This document shows, one piece after another, positions 48,742-59,432 of a DNA stretch of 64,000 bases. Numbering within the stretch: position 1 is the stretch's first letter; each line of letters opens with the position of its first letter. The translations under genes and the position numbers were made by a program. Source of the stretch: Candidatus Methanoperedenaceae archaeon (GTDB taxonomy: Archaea > Halobacteriota > Methanosarcinia > Methanosarcinales > Methanoperedenaceae); assembly GCA_963753595.1 (NCBI GenBank), contig CAVWCX010000007.1, positions 118,424 to 182,423 on the forward strand, written 5' to 3'. Below the pieces are notes generated by a model, which did no database searches, had not been told where the DNA came from, and saw only the letters and a program-made list of their open reading frames with translations.

Positions 48742-49908
48742 ATTTCAATATCCATTAAAATAAGGGAGCAGATGGCTGCCTCATCTTCGGTTACAAAGAT
48801 GTTTGATGAAAAGGTGAAAGAGAAGGAATTTTACGATTTTACGCTGGGAAATCCGGAGATAGAGACGCCTGCAAAGTTTACCGGGGAGCTGAAGCGCATT
48901 GTAGATAATTCTTTTCCGGGTATGCATCGTTACACGCCCCTGGCAGGCTATACCAAAACAAGAGAATCAATAGCAAAGACCCTATCAAAGGAACATGGAT
49001 TATCCTTCAATGCACAGCATGTAATTATAACGGCTGGCTGTGCCGGTGCATTAAATATTGCTTTAAAAGCGCTTCTGGACCCGGGTGAGGAGGTTATTAT
49101 TCTGGCGCCCAGTTATCCGGAGTATCCCTATTATATAGATAACCACGGTGGAATTTGCCAGATAGCGCAAACAAACCAGGACTTCACAATAAACATTGAT
49201 AATATAGCCTCTAAAATAAACTCCGGTACAAAGGCGATTATCCTGAACTCACCGAACAACCCGACCGGGGAGATATACTCTGAAAAAACTCTGGGATCTG
49301 TTGCAAAACTTCTATATGAGAAGAGCCAGGAGTTTGGAAAAGATATTTTTTTGATCTTTGACGAAGCATATCGGGATATTGTTTACGATGGCATTAAGCT
49401 TCCTGGTATTTTCAGAATTTATTCAAATACCATTATTACAGCTGCCTATTCCAAACCATTATCGATCCCGGGAGAAAGGATAGGATACGCGGCAGTCAAT
49501 CCCAAAATGCAGGATGCCCGGAATATTATGGAAGCAATGACCTTTGCGAATCGCATTCTTGGATTCATTAATGCTCCTGCCCTTATGCAGCAGGTAATTA
49601 CTAATCTGCAGGATGTCCATGTCGATATCTCAGAGTACCAGGAAAGAAGAGATTTTTTCTGTGATGCTTTGGATGAATTGGGTTACTCATTCATACGTCC
49701 CAAAGGTACGTATTATATTTTCCCGGAGTGTCCTGTGGATGATCTCGTATTTGCCAGGGAGCTTTCCCGGGAAGGAATATTTGTATTTCCAGGAACGTTA
49801 TTTGGAAGAAGTGGATACTTCAGGATAGCTTTTTGTGTAAAGAAGGAGACAATAAAAAAATCCCTGCCCGGGTTTAAGAAGGTACTTCTTAAATATAAAA
49901 AAGTTTAA
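48742..49908 (+). CDS. PLP-dependent aminotransferase class I/II, probable ATT start
   Basis: LGNP, NSPNNPTG, DEAY, YSKPLSIPGERIG; GGAGGT 6 nt before in-frame ATT 48742. Confidence 0.9.
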   Translation: MSISIKIREQMAASSSVTKMFDEKVKEKEFYDFTLGNPEIETPAKFTGELKRIVDNSFPGMHRYTPLAGYTKTRESIAKTLSKEHGLSFNAQHVIITAGCAGALNIALKALLDPGEEVIILAPSYPEYPYYIDNHGGICQIAQTNQDFTINIDNIASKINSGTKAIILNSPNNPTGEIYSEKTLGSVAKLLYEKSQEFGKDIFLIFDEAYRDIVYDGIKLPGIFRIYSNTIITAAYSKPLSIPGERIGYAAVNPKMQDARNIMEAMTFANRILGFINAPALMQQVITNLQDVHVDISEYQERRDFFCDALDELGYSFIRPKGTYYIFPECPVDDLVFARELSREGIFVFPGTLFGRSGYFRIAFCVKKETIKKSLPGFKKVLLKYKKV

Positions 49909-49919
49909 TCAACCAATAT

Positions 49920-50927
49920 ATGCATGAATATGACGCAATAATCGCAGGGGCAAGTTTTGCAGGACTTGCGGCTGCCGATAGCCTGGAAGGGGATATACTT
50001 CTCATAGACAGGAAGGAAATCGGAACACGGCAGACCTCAGCGTGCGGAACTTTCACATCAGTATTAGAAGAATCAGGATGCAAGAGCTCGATAATGCAGG
50101 AATTTGACACGCTAACGCTTCATATTCCTGATGAAAAAAAAGTTGAATTGATCGAGCCTATCAGTACATTTGATTATGAAAAATTCTGCAAAACAATCGG
50201 GCAGCGCTTAAAAGTGAAGACCCTGAAAGCATCGGTGAAAGGTGTTGTGGAAGATACGGTTTTGACAGATTCGGGAAATTTCAGTTCACAATGTATTCTT
50301 GATTGTACGGGCTGGAGGGCAGTCCTTGCCAGTTCTCTAAGGCAGGATTATGTTGACAAAAGAAATCTTGCATTCGGCCTGGAATCAGAGGTGGATTATA
50401 AGGATGACAGCCTGCATTTTTTTGTTGATCCGAAGATCATAGGACAGGGCGCAGCATGGATATTTCCGGCAGGGGAAAAATCCCGGATCGGAGTGGCAAG
50501 TTATGCAGGGAAAACCCGGGTCATGCCGCAACTTAGCGGATTCATAAATACACTTGGTCATGATATTTCAAAAACCCATGGCGGTTATATTCCCTTCGGC
50601 CTTCGTGAACCTGTGGTTGATAATCTATTCATGGTCGGTGATTCTGCGGGCATGGCGCCGCCAACGACGAGTGAAGGAATACGCCCCGCGATAAACTTCG
50701 CAAGGGACTGTGCAGGGATCATCCAGGGCATAATCGATGGTGATAAAATGCTAAAAGATGGCCTTATTGAGTACAGGGATATTGTAAATAAGAGTAAGAG
50801 CAGATACAAGTGGCTGCAAAATCTGCAAACACCACTTCTTGATAATATTGTTCCCGGAACCATCAAAAAGGCCGCATGCAACAGGATATTTTCGAAATTG
50901 TTCCAGAAGATGTATCTGGGGATTTGA
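49920..50927 (+). CDS. Geranylgeranyl-reductase-like FAD oxidoreductase
   Basis: GASFAG, WIFP, VGDSAG..P...EGI. Confidence 0.85.
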   Translation: MHEYDAIIAGASFAGLAAADSLEGDILLIDRKEIGTRQTSACGTFTSVLEESGCKSSIMQEFDTLTLHIPDEKKVELIEPISTFDYEKFCKTIGQRLKVKTLKASVKGVVEDTVLTDSGNFSSQCILDCTGWRAVLASSLRQDYVDKRNLAFGLESEVDYKDDSLHFFVDPKIIGQGAAWIFPAGEKSRIGVASYAGKTRVMPQLSGFINTLGHDISKTHGGYIPFGLREPVVDNLFMVGDSAGMAPPTTSEGIRPAINFARDCAGIIQGIIDGDKMLKDGLIEYRDIVNKSKSRYKWLQNLQTPLLDNIVPGTIKKAACNRIFSKLFQKMYLGI

Positions 50928-51057
50928 TTTATTGGTTATATCGCAAAGATGATCAAAGAAAAAAGAGGATGCTAAGAAAGGAATTCCCTCAATTAATGTT
51001 TGGTGCACAGATAATCTCTGGGCACCAAGCTGTTATCATGGCTCTGTTAAAATTTCA

Positions 51058-51366
51058 TCAGATTCCAACTGCACCTAAAATTATTCCGGCGATTATACCA
51101 CCAAGAATGGCAACGGGTGATGTATACTTTCTTGTTACGGAATATATGCTATAATACAAAAATAATGGCTCCAGCAATCGGAATTACAATCGGACTGATA
51201 TGCAACACATGAAAATAATAACCGGCTATGGTTTCAGCAATATATCCTATTTGGGCACCAATTGAGCCAGCAACTGCGCTTTCAAGAAGTACATTTTTTC
51301 TGGTTTGTAGAACACCTGAAATCCCACCTACGACCGCCCCAATACTGCCATTAATAAATACTCCTC
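51058..51366 (-). pseudogene. Decayed glycine-zipper membrane protein gene
   Basis: GVFINGSIGAVVGGISG..AVAGSIGA.. then TAG and a frameshift, ..AILGGIIAGIILGAVGI*. Confidence 0.55.
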
Positions 51367-51391
51367 ATTTATATAGTGGTTATTATCAAAA

Positions 51392-51880
51392 CTAATCAAT
51401 AACAATGCCACCACCCATTATACCTGTGGCAATTCCAGCGATCATACCTCCAATAACTGCATTTAAAATTGCTTGCTTACTTGCTCCAAAATACAGGCAA
51501 ATAGCCCCCCCAATAATTACCCCAGCGACCAGACTTACAATAAGACTGATATATAGAGCTTCAACCTGAAAAAAAACACCTGTAATTGCACCAGCAATTG
51601 CACTGCCAATCAAACCTGATGCGACGCCCATGGGTATCGCTTTTTTATTCGTAGTAACTCTTCCTGCAGGCAATTCAATAACTCCACCAATTAGATTGCT
51701 ATTATAATGCCTAAAAATGGTACCTAATCCCCCAAAACCAATAACACCACCAATTATTGCACCATTCATTGAGCCTTTTCTATTATCATTGAAAACTACC
51801 CGGCCAATTAAACTCCCGATTAAACCCCCAAGAATAACCACTCCAATTGCAGCACCAATATATTCAACAATAGTTGTCAA
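51392..51880 (-). CDS. Glycine-zipper (GxxxG-rich) membrane protein
   Basis: Several GxxxGxxxG hydrophobic helices; RBS GAAGGAG before TTG. Confidence 0.75.
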   Translation of the reverse strand: MTTIVEYIGAAIGVVILGGLIGSLIGRVVFNDNRKGSMNGAIIGGVIGFGGLGTIFRHYNSNLIGGVIELPAGRVTTNKKAIPMGVASGLIGSAIAGAITGVFFQVEALYISLIVSLVAGVIIGGAICLYFGASKQAILNAVIGGMIAGIATGIMGGGIVID

Positions 51881-51923
51881 ATCCTTAGCTCCTTCAAATG
51901 GAACACAAGAATTGCCCCAGCAA

Positions 51924-52151
51924 TTAACTCAAATTTACATACTTAATTATCCCGGCAATTGCTCCGACAATTGCACCAATAAATACACCGATAATCAAAA
52001 ACCGCTAAGCCCAACCAGTGTCTTCCGCAAAAAAACCAAAGTTTATGATAATCTTAGAATCACGGCACCAGCAATAAGACCCACAAAAACCCTAGATGGA
52101 AGCAATAATCAAGTCCTTTATCGCACTTTTACCTGCATCTACACTCGTCAT
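51924..52151 (-). pseudogene. Decayed glycine-zipper membrane protein gene
   Basis: MTSVDAGKSAIKDLIIASI*, VFVGLIAGAVI and LIIGVFIGAIVGAIAGII in different frames. Confidence 0.5.
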
Positions 52152-52154
52152 TTG

Positions 52155-53432
52155 CTATTCTGCCCTGATCCTATTCTTTTTCAGATATACCATTACAATT
52201 GTTAAGATAATGCTAATAATTAGTAAAAGGTTCATCAATTTTGCTATAAAAGGTTTATACTCAAGAATATGGTCGCCGTTTATACCTTTAAATCCATCAA
52301 ATGTGCCGTTTTGCGCCGTAAAGGTAATTGACTTTATAATAGGTCCACCCCACCCGTTATCAATTCCTTTTAAAATAAGCGGTTTATTGATAATTACATT
52401 TTCATCATACATCCCGCTGTAAACTAATACTGTGGCACCTGATCTCGCATTATTAATGGCATCCTGAATTCTTGAGTAATCCGCTCCTCCACTATCGTCA
52501 ACTGTAAGTGTCATTTTAGTTGTTGAAGATAAATGCTAGTGGCAGTAGTCAATATTATAGGGATCATGAAAATCATAAGGTGAATCGCATATTCCATCGC
52601 TGTCGTTATCTGCACATATTTGACTGAAGCCAGTGTCCATTGGATCCGCCCAAAAATTGCCACCGAGGTTAGCACCTCCAACAGTGTTAATGCCTGGAGT
52701 TTTGGTAATATTCCAGTTGTTTTCAAAATTGCTCCCGGACATAAAGTTCTTGTTATTTTTGAAAAAGTTGTTATAAATAGTATTATTGCTGGCCCAGAAA
52801 GAAAGAGACCAAATACTTTGTTGAGAGAGACATTGTTTCCGCTTAGCGTATTGTTACTGCTGTAAACGAAGATGCCATTGTCATTGTTCGATGCTGTGTT
52901 GCCGTCAAGATAATTGTTATTGCTATCATCAACCAGAAATATACCATATTTATTGTTCAAAACCGTATTGTTATTCAATGTATTATTACTTGAACTATTC
53001 AGATATATTCCGACTACGTTGTCAAATGAAGTATTATTTATAATTACATTGTTTTCCAAAATTACATTAATTCCAGCTATGCCACCTTCGGTTCTAAATC
53101 CATCAAGGGTAACACTTCCTGAAATCAAACCTACAGGAATTTCATCTGGTCTTTCCCTTGTTGTAGCCTTCACAACAGGTGTTACCTCCACCGTTATCGA
53201 TGCCTTTAAGAATAAGTGGCTTGGTAACAACTACTTTTTCTTGATATATTCCGCTATAAACTAATATTGTATCTCCGGCACTCGCATAATGTATAGCATC
53301 CTGTATCTTTGTAAAATCAGCTCCACCGCTGTCATCGACCGTAAGCGTTTGAGCCCCAGCTCCGCCTACCAGCAATAAAATTGTCAGCCCAATTATTCCT
53401 GCAGCTATTTTTTTTGAAAAAATACTTTTCAT
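52155..53432 (-). pseudogene. NosD/CASH right-handed beta-helix surface protein, multiply frameshifted
   Basis: Signal peptide, two LTVDDSGGAD..IQDAI starts, Asn-rich repeats, GGNFW..DGICDSPY, C-terminal TM; breaks near 53180, 52795 and 52543. Confidence 0.8.
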
Positions 53433-53636
53433 TTGCACCCTTTTTATAAATATCTTTCAACTAAATATACTTTTTCATCTTGTATATCAAATTAATTCTA
53501 CGATTTTCTAAAATCGAATGTGGTATATAAAACAAATATATCACTAAAAAGATATTATATATTGGCATAATGTTGGACAATTGAAATATTTAACCATCGA
53601 TAGTTTCTTTTAACCACAGGACTAATAGGAGTTCCC

Positions 53637-54975
53637 ATGGCAATCCATCCTATTGAATACCGCTACGGCCACGCTGAAATGAAAGCTGTATGGAATGAGG
53701 ATACGCGTCTATCCAAAATGCTCTCTGTTGAAGCGGCCCTGGCAAAAGCCCAGGTGCACCTGAATTATATCCCGAAAGGAATGGATGAAAAAATTTCCAC
53801 AGGTGCAAAGAAAGTAACACTTGAACGCGTCAAGGAAATAGAAGATGAGATCCATCATGATGTCATGGCTGTTGTTCTTGCACTCACCGAGCAATCCCGG
53901 GATGCAGGAAAATGGATTCATTTCGGGGCAACTTCAAATGATATTTTAGATACCGCCACCGCTCTCCAGATAAAAGATTCACTCCTGATATTACGAAAAG
54001 AAACTGTGAAATTACGCCAGGTTCTTATCGAAAGCGCCCTGTCCCATAAAAATACCGTATGTGCCGGGCGCACTCACGGCCAGATCGGGGTTCCCACGAC
54101 TTTCGGCCTGAAGTTTGCGATATGGGCATCAGAGATTGATCGGCATATTGAAAGGCTTGACCAGCTGGCACCACGCGCCACTGTTGGAAAAATGAGCGGC
54201 GCAGTAGGCACGCAGGCCGCATTCGGGAAAAAGGGCATCCAGATACAGGAAAAAACCATGGAATATCTTGGCATCGAAGCAGCGGATGTTTCAAACCAGG
54301 TGATACAGCGGGACAGGCATGCTGAATTCGTGATGTGGATGGCAAATACTGTTACTACTCTTGATAAAATATGTATTGAGATCCGAAGTCTCGCAAGAAG
54401 TGAAATTGCAGAGGTGGAAGAAAGCTTCGGCAAGAAACAGGTGGGCTCATCCACCATGCCCCACAAGCGAAACCCCATAAAATCAGAACAGGTCTGCGGA
54501 CTTGCAAGAATTGTAAGGGCAATGGTTGAGCCAGAACTCCGCAACAATACCCTGTGGGATGAGCGCGACCTTACCAATTCATCATGCGAACGTATCGTAT
54601 TCCCGGAATCCTGTGTACTGACCGACCATTGTATACGCCTTACAACAACAATTATCCAGAATCTTCGGTTTTATCCTGAAAATATCAGGAAAAACCTGAA
54701 CCTGCTAAATGGGTTGAATATGGGCGAAGCCATTATGATCGAACTCAGCAAGAAAGGCGTCGGAAGGCAGGAAGCCCATGAGATCGTCCGCCAGTGTGCC
54801 ATGTCTGCAAGGGAATCCGGAATTCATATGAAAGACGCTCTTCATCAGGAATGATATTGTATCAAAATACCTGACAGAAAGTGATATAATCCAGCTAATG
54901 GACCCGGATAATTATATAGGCACGGCAGTAGAACAGGTAGAATCTCTTGCTAATAAATTGAAAAATAAAGTGTGA
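53637..54975 (+). CDS. purB: Adenylosuccinate lyase with apparent 1-bp insertion near 54843
   Basis: HFGATSND, GSSTMPHKRNP; the conserved tail LMDPDNYIG continues in the +1 frame to TGA 54975. Confidence 0.93.
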
Positions 54976-55439
54976 CAGAGGATACATTGTTAAGAAAAGC
55001 AACCATCAAAGACGTGGAAAAGATATGGAAACTCGTGAATAATTACGCAGATAAGCGCATCATGCTTCCGCGCTCATTGAGTGAATTGTATGAGAACCTG
55101 CGGGATTTTTATGTGGTCATAGAAGATGACAAATTGATAGGCTGCGGCGCGCTTCATATTACCTGGGAAGATTACGGGGAGATACTGTCTCTTGCAGTTG
55201 AACCTGAAAGGGCCAGGCAGGGAATAGGTTCACAGATACTTAAAGCATGTGAAGAAGAGGCAGTTACACTCGGATTGAATAAACTCATCACTTTGACTTA
55301 CGTGCCTGAATTTTTTGAGTCGCATGGGTTTGTGAGAGTGAAAAAAAGCACGCTTCCACATAAAATATGGAGCATGTGTATCAAATGCCCAAAGTTCCCT
55401 GAGTGCGATGAGATCCCGCTTGTGAAGAAGATCATTTGA
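54972..55439 (+). CDS. GNAT N-acetyltransferase (short ArgA-like N-acetylglutamate synthase)
   Basis: MLPRSLSELYENLRDF, QGIG, LPHKIW..C.KCPKFP.CDE. Confidence 0.85.
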   Translation: MTEDTLLRKATIKDVEKIWKLVNNYADKRIMLPRSLSELYENLRDFYVVIEDDKLIGCGALHITWEDYGEILSLAVEPERARQGIGSQILKACEEEAVTLGLNKLITLTYVPEFFESHGFVRVKKSTLPHKIWSMCIKCPKFPECDEIPLVKKII

Positions 55440-55456
55440 GCTTATATTTTATTGAT

Positions 55457-55753
55457 TCACTTTATATTCGCCAATAGCTCCTGTAATCCTTTTGAATTCA
55501 GCCTGAATTTATTCCCATCCACCTGGGCATAGCACTCTTTTATGAGAAAATCCATCTGGAATTTTAACTGGGATTCGGATATCTTAACTTCGTCCATTAT
55601 TTCATTTTTTGTTTTACCGAAAGGTCCTATGGATTTTACTATCTTTCTCCTCAGGGGGTTCTCAAGTGCCTTGAACATGATCCTGTGGCCCTGAGGTGTT
55701 TTCATCTCGCAAGCATCGTATTCTTGCGGGATAGGTTCAATATTATCTGTCAT
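55457..55753 (-). CDS. ArsR-like winged-helix protein
   Basis: FKALENPLRRKIV...LKFQMDFL. Confidence 0.75.
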   Translation of the reverse strand: MTDNIEPIPQEYDACEMKTPQGHRIMFKALENPLRRKIVKSIGPFGKTKNEIMDEVKISESQLKFQMDFLIKECYAQVDGNKFRLNSKGLQELLANIK

Positions 55754-55875
55754 AATCTCACTCCTTATTAATATTTGACGGCTTATCTATTAATGATATC
55801 GTAAGGAACCTGCAATAAAAAAAAAGAATCTTTAGACAGAATCCTTAATATATCCTGAAAAATATATGAAGCCCC

Positions 55876-56409
55876 ATGGACACCTCGCTGCTTCACAAGG
55901 AAAACGCGCCGGGAAATTACAAATGTGCAATATTGACCATAAGTACATCCCGATATGAAAAATATGGAAAAACAGACCGTCCTGAGCGCGCAGAGGATGT
56001 ATCCGGAAAACTTATCTGGGGAATGCTGCAGGTCAAGGGAAGCAGTATAGTGAATTATGAATTGATCCCTGATAACCTCGAAATGATACGGGATGCCTTC
56101 AAGAAAGAATTATATTCAGATGCCGATGTGATAATATCAAGCGGTGGCACAGGTCTTTCCCCTGCTGATGTTACTATTGAAGCGGTGACCCCGTTCATTG
56201 AGAAAGAAATGCCTGGCTTCGGGGAGCTATTCAGGATCAAAAGCCTGGACCAGGTAGGGAATTCTATAATGCTTACAAGGGCTATCGCAGGTGTTGCCAG
56301 GGAAAAGGTCATATTTTGCCTTCCGGGATCGCCAAATGCTGTAAAACTTGCACTCGAACTAATCCTTCCTGAGATGGGACACATCCTGAAACATGTAAAG
56401 GGATTGTAA
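55876..56409 (+). CDS. moaB: Molybdenum cofactor biosynthesis protein MoaB/MogA
   Basis: SGGTGLSPADVT, MPGFGELFR, LPGSP. Confidence 0.9.
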   Translation: MDTSLLHKENAPGNYKCAILTISTSRYEKYGKTDRPERAEDVSGKLIWGMLQVKGSSIVNYELIPDNLEMIRDAFKKELYSDADVIISSGGTGLSPADVTIEAVTPFIEKEMPGFGELFRIKSLDQVGNSIMLTRAIAGVAREKVIFCLPGSPNAVKLALELILPEMGHILKHVKGL

Positions 56410-57780
56410 ATGGAATATAAGTGGAAAGCAATGGGTGTTGTCTGGATAGGCATCTTCATGGCTACCCTTGATGGAAGCATAGTGAATGTCGCTCTTCCAA
56501 CGCTCACCGATCACTTTAAAACGGATATAACAACGATCGAATGGGTCGTGATGGCGTATCTTTTGACCATAACAAGCCTTCTTCTTAGCCTTGGCAGGAT
56601 ATCGGACATGGTGGGCAGGAAAAGCATTTTTGCAGGAGGGCTGGCTCTATTCACGATCGGCTCAGGGTTATGCGCGATATCAACAACAGAGGGACAGCTT
56701 ATACTTTTCAGGGTAATCCAGGGTATCGGGGCAGCAATGTTGATGGCAACAGGAGTTGCTATAATTACTCATGCATTTCCTCCGCGTGAAAGGGGAAAAG
56801 CAATGGGATTAATTGGAACGGTCGTTTCAATTGGTTCAATGGCAGGTCCGGTATTGGGTGGTTTCCTGATCCAGAGGGTCGGATGGCAATCGATTTTTTA
56901 TATTAATTTACCTGTCGGGATAATCGGGACTGTGATGGCGCTAAAAATTCTTCACAAAGATGAGACTACTAATAAAGACCAGACATTTGATATTCCTGGC
57001 GGACTTACACTATTTATAAGTTTGATATCTTTACTCCTTGCTTTAAGTGAAGGCCAGGAAAAGGGCTGGGGATCAGCCTTAATTATATCCTTATTTCTAT
57101 CATCCATTGTATTTTTCATAATATTTGTCAGGATCGAAACAACAGCAAAACAGCCCGTTCTTGATCTTCGACATTTCAAGAACATGCAATTTGCGGCTGC
57201 GAACATCAGCGCTCTCGTAAGTTTCATAGCAATGTTCAGTGTCATACTTTTGATGCCTTTTTACCTGCAGGATGAACTCGGGTATTCAACAGAGAAAATG
57301 GGATTTGTTTTCATGTCAGTCCCGCTTGTAATGTCTGTTGTCTCGCCTCTTAGCGGCTGGTTATCTGACCGGACAAATTCGCATGTCTTGAGTTCGATCG
57401 GTATCGCTATCGGAGCATTCGCCATACTGTCAATGGGTTACTTAAACATGGATTCAAGTTTCACCGATGTAGCTATCCGTCTTTCCTTCCTGGGTCTTGG
57501 CATGGGGCTTTTCCAGGCCCCGAATAACAGCATAATCATGGGTTCGCTTCCAAAAGAACAGCTGGGGATTGCAGCAGGGGTAATGGGAACAATGAGGAAT
57601 ATGGGTATGGTCATAGGTGTTGCTGTTTCAGGGGCAGTATTCTCAAACAGGTTTGTCTTTTATGGCAACGACCAGGGTTCGTTCTTACCTGCGTTCAGGG
57701 ATGCTTATATCGTTTCTGCCATGATCTGCGGGATCGCGGTGCTTGTATCACTTGTGCGCAGCAAATCGAAAATAGAATAA
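56410..57780 (+). CDS. MFS drug:H+ antiporter (DHA2/EmrB-QacA-like)
   Basis: LDGSIVNVALP, GRISDMVGRK, about 14 TM helices. Confidence 0.92.
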   Translation: MEYKWKAMGVVWIGIFMATLDGSIVNVALPTLTDHFKTDITTIEWVVMAYLLTITSLLLSLGRISDMVGRKSIFAGGLALFTIGSGLCAISTTEGQLILFRVIQGIGAAMLMATGVAIITHAFPPRERGKAMGLIGTVVSIGSMAGPVLGGFLIQRVGWQSIFYINLPVGIIGTVMALKILHKDETTNKDQTFDIPGGLTLFISLISLLLALSEGQEKGWGSALIISLFLSSIVFFIIFVRIETTAKQPVLDLRHFKNMQFAAANISALVSFIAMFSVILLMPFYLQDELGYSTEKMGFVFMSVPLVMSVVSPLSGWLSDRTNSHVLSSIGIAIGAFAILSMGYLNMDSSFTDVAIRLSFLGLGMGLFQAPNNSIIMGSLPKEQLGIAAGVMGTMRNMGMVIGVAVSGAVFSNRFVFYGNDQGSFLPAFRDAYIVSAMICGIAVLVSLVRSKSKIE

Positions 57781-57969
57781 CTACCTTGCAGATCTGTGTT
57801 TCTGTGACCTGAGAATTAGCACATATATACAGAGCATCAGCCCGCCGATAGCAATAAAAAAAAGCAATATCATAGAAGAGTATTCATAGAAATAAATAGC
57901 AATACTAGTTCCTATCACCATGGCTATTGGCAGTAAAAAACTAAGAATTGTTACGCTTTTTGATACCAT
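57781..57969 (-). CDS. Small two-TM membrane protein
   Basis: 62-aa hydrophobic ORF with basic tail. Confidence 0.5.
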   Translation of the reverse strand: MVSKSVTILSFLLPIAMVIGTSIAIYFYEYSSMILLFFIAIGGLMLCIYVLILRSQKHRSAR

Positions 57970-58297
57970 ATTCAGTCTCTATTCTAAATCTAATTGTTTC
58001 TCAATGATAAAACAAAGGTTGTGAAGAATAGTGTGAAAGTAATTTTTCAATCCGTCTATTAATATCTATTATTTTGATGTTTTATATTTCTATATTAGTT
58101 AATTTTAAAAACAAAACAAAAATATATATAATTTGACAATTACAAGTTAGATAAAATATTTTTATTGTATTTATGGCGAAAATTTATTTTAAAATATTAC
58201 ATATATTATTCACACAAAAAACTATTCACACATTTTTCACAACTCCGTTTATATTCAGGTGAACCATTTATTGGTTTAGCGCTATCAGGACGTTTTT

Positions 58298-59329
58298 ATG
58301 TCAGTAAGAAAAAATATCTCATTAGAAAAAGGGCATTTAAGAAAACTTGAGCCACTTGTTCTTAAACATAAGGGGAATTTTAGCGCGGCAATGCGTGAAA
58401 TAATAGACCTTATTGACACGATGACCAGAGATCCTGAAGCTATTAATAACCTTATAGAAGGATTGAAAACAGACTACAATCTGACTGAAAATGTCATATT
58501 CTGGTTGATCAAACAGACACGAGGAAGGCTTATCGATCCTGAGCATCTTAACAGTATTATAGATCCTTCAAAGATAGTGCTGCTTTCTGACCTTGAAAAG
58601 TATATGGGCGAGATGACAAATGGGGCGAGCTGGCAGACGAACACAAGAATTGAAGATTATGACGATAATGTAAATCCATCATATCTAACACTCACACTTT
58701 CGGGAAATAGTAATTATAAACTTGAATTTCTTGGGGGTTTGATCTCATCTTTCGTAGTATTGCACAAGAAACAAGAGATAGTTTCTTTAAAGAAGATGTC
58801 CAATAAAATGACCGTTTGTTTCAGAAAGCAAATCAATGCAAATCTTGCAAAACAATCACTTATTAATTATTTTGGGGATATGGAAGATATCTCAACAGAG
58901 ATATCAAAAAAGCTGGATTTCTGGAAATGCATAGTAAATCTTTACAAACAGACAAATTACAATATGGTCACAATTCCTAAGAATTACTATCAGGAATTAT
59001 TGATCGGCAAAGAGGCCCCGAGTTATCTAACTGCACCTATTGAAGCTATCCATAAGATCCCGATCCGGGATATTCCCCTTGATGTCCTGATCCCGACCAT
59101 GAAATCAGTTTATGAGTACATGGGGATCGTTGAGCGAATCGATGTTAATGAGAACACATTGTATATTTACCACGGAAATACGGATAAACGCGCAATACGT
59201 GCAATTGAAAAAATCCTCCTGAATGTCCTGAATTCCCATGGCACCATGTATGAATCACGGTGTTCGGAAAACCTGATCGTGATGAGTCCTGTCTTGAATA
59301 AAACCCAAATAATCGTTGCCGGACAATAA
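58298..59329 (+). CDS. Hypothetical protein with N-terminal RHH-like DNA-binding motif
   Basis: VRKNISL...GNFSAAMREIID; long ORF. Confidence 0.7.
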   Translation: MSVRKNISLEKGHLRKLEPLVLKHKGNFSAAMREIIDLIDTMTRDPEAINNLIEGLKTDYNLTENVIFWLIKQTRGRLIDPEHLNSIIDPSKIVLLSDLEKYMGEMTNGASWQTNTRIEDYDDNVNPSYLTLTLSGNSNYKLEFLGGLISSFVVLHKKQEIVSLKKMSNKMTVCFRKQINANLAKQSLINYFGDMEDISTEISKKLDFWKCIVNLYKQTNYNMVTIPKNYYQELLIGKEAPSYLTAPIEAIHKIPIRDIPLDVLIPTMKSVYEYMGIVERIDVNENTLYIYHGNTDKRAIRAIEKILLNVLNSHGTMYESRCSENLIVMSPVLNKTQIIVAGQ

Positions 59330-59432
59330 AATATTGATCAAGCTATTCAATTCATGCAAATGATTTAAATAGAAATAAAAATAACATAAACTTTGCTTCC
59401 GATAAAAATTAGAAGCAGAAGGGTACATAAAA

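Noticed and set aside
51058-52151. In-frame TAG codons as pyrrolysine readthrough
   Set aside because: The same remnants also contain frameshifts and TAA/TGA stops, so decay explains them; no pyl genes in view.
52155-53432. Diversity-generating retroelement target
   Set aside because: No reverse transcriptase or TR/VR pair with adenine-specific differences; lesions are indels.
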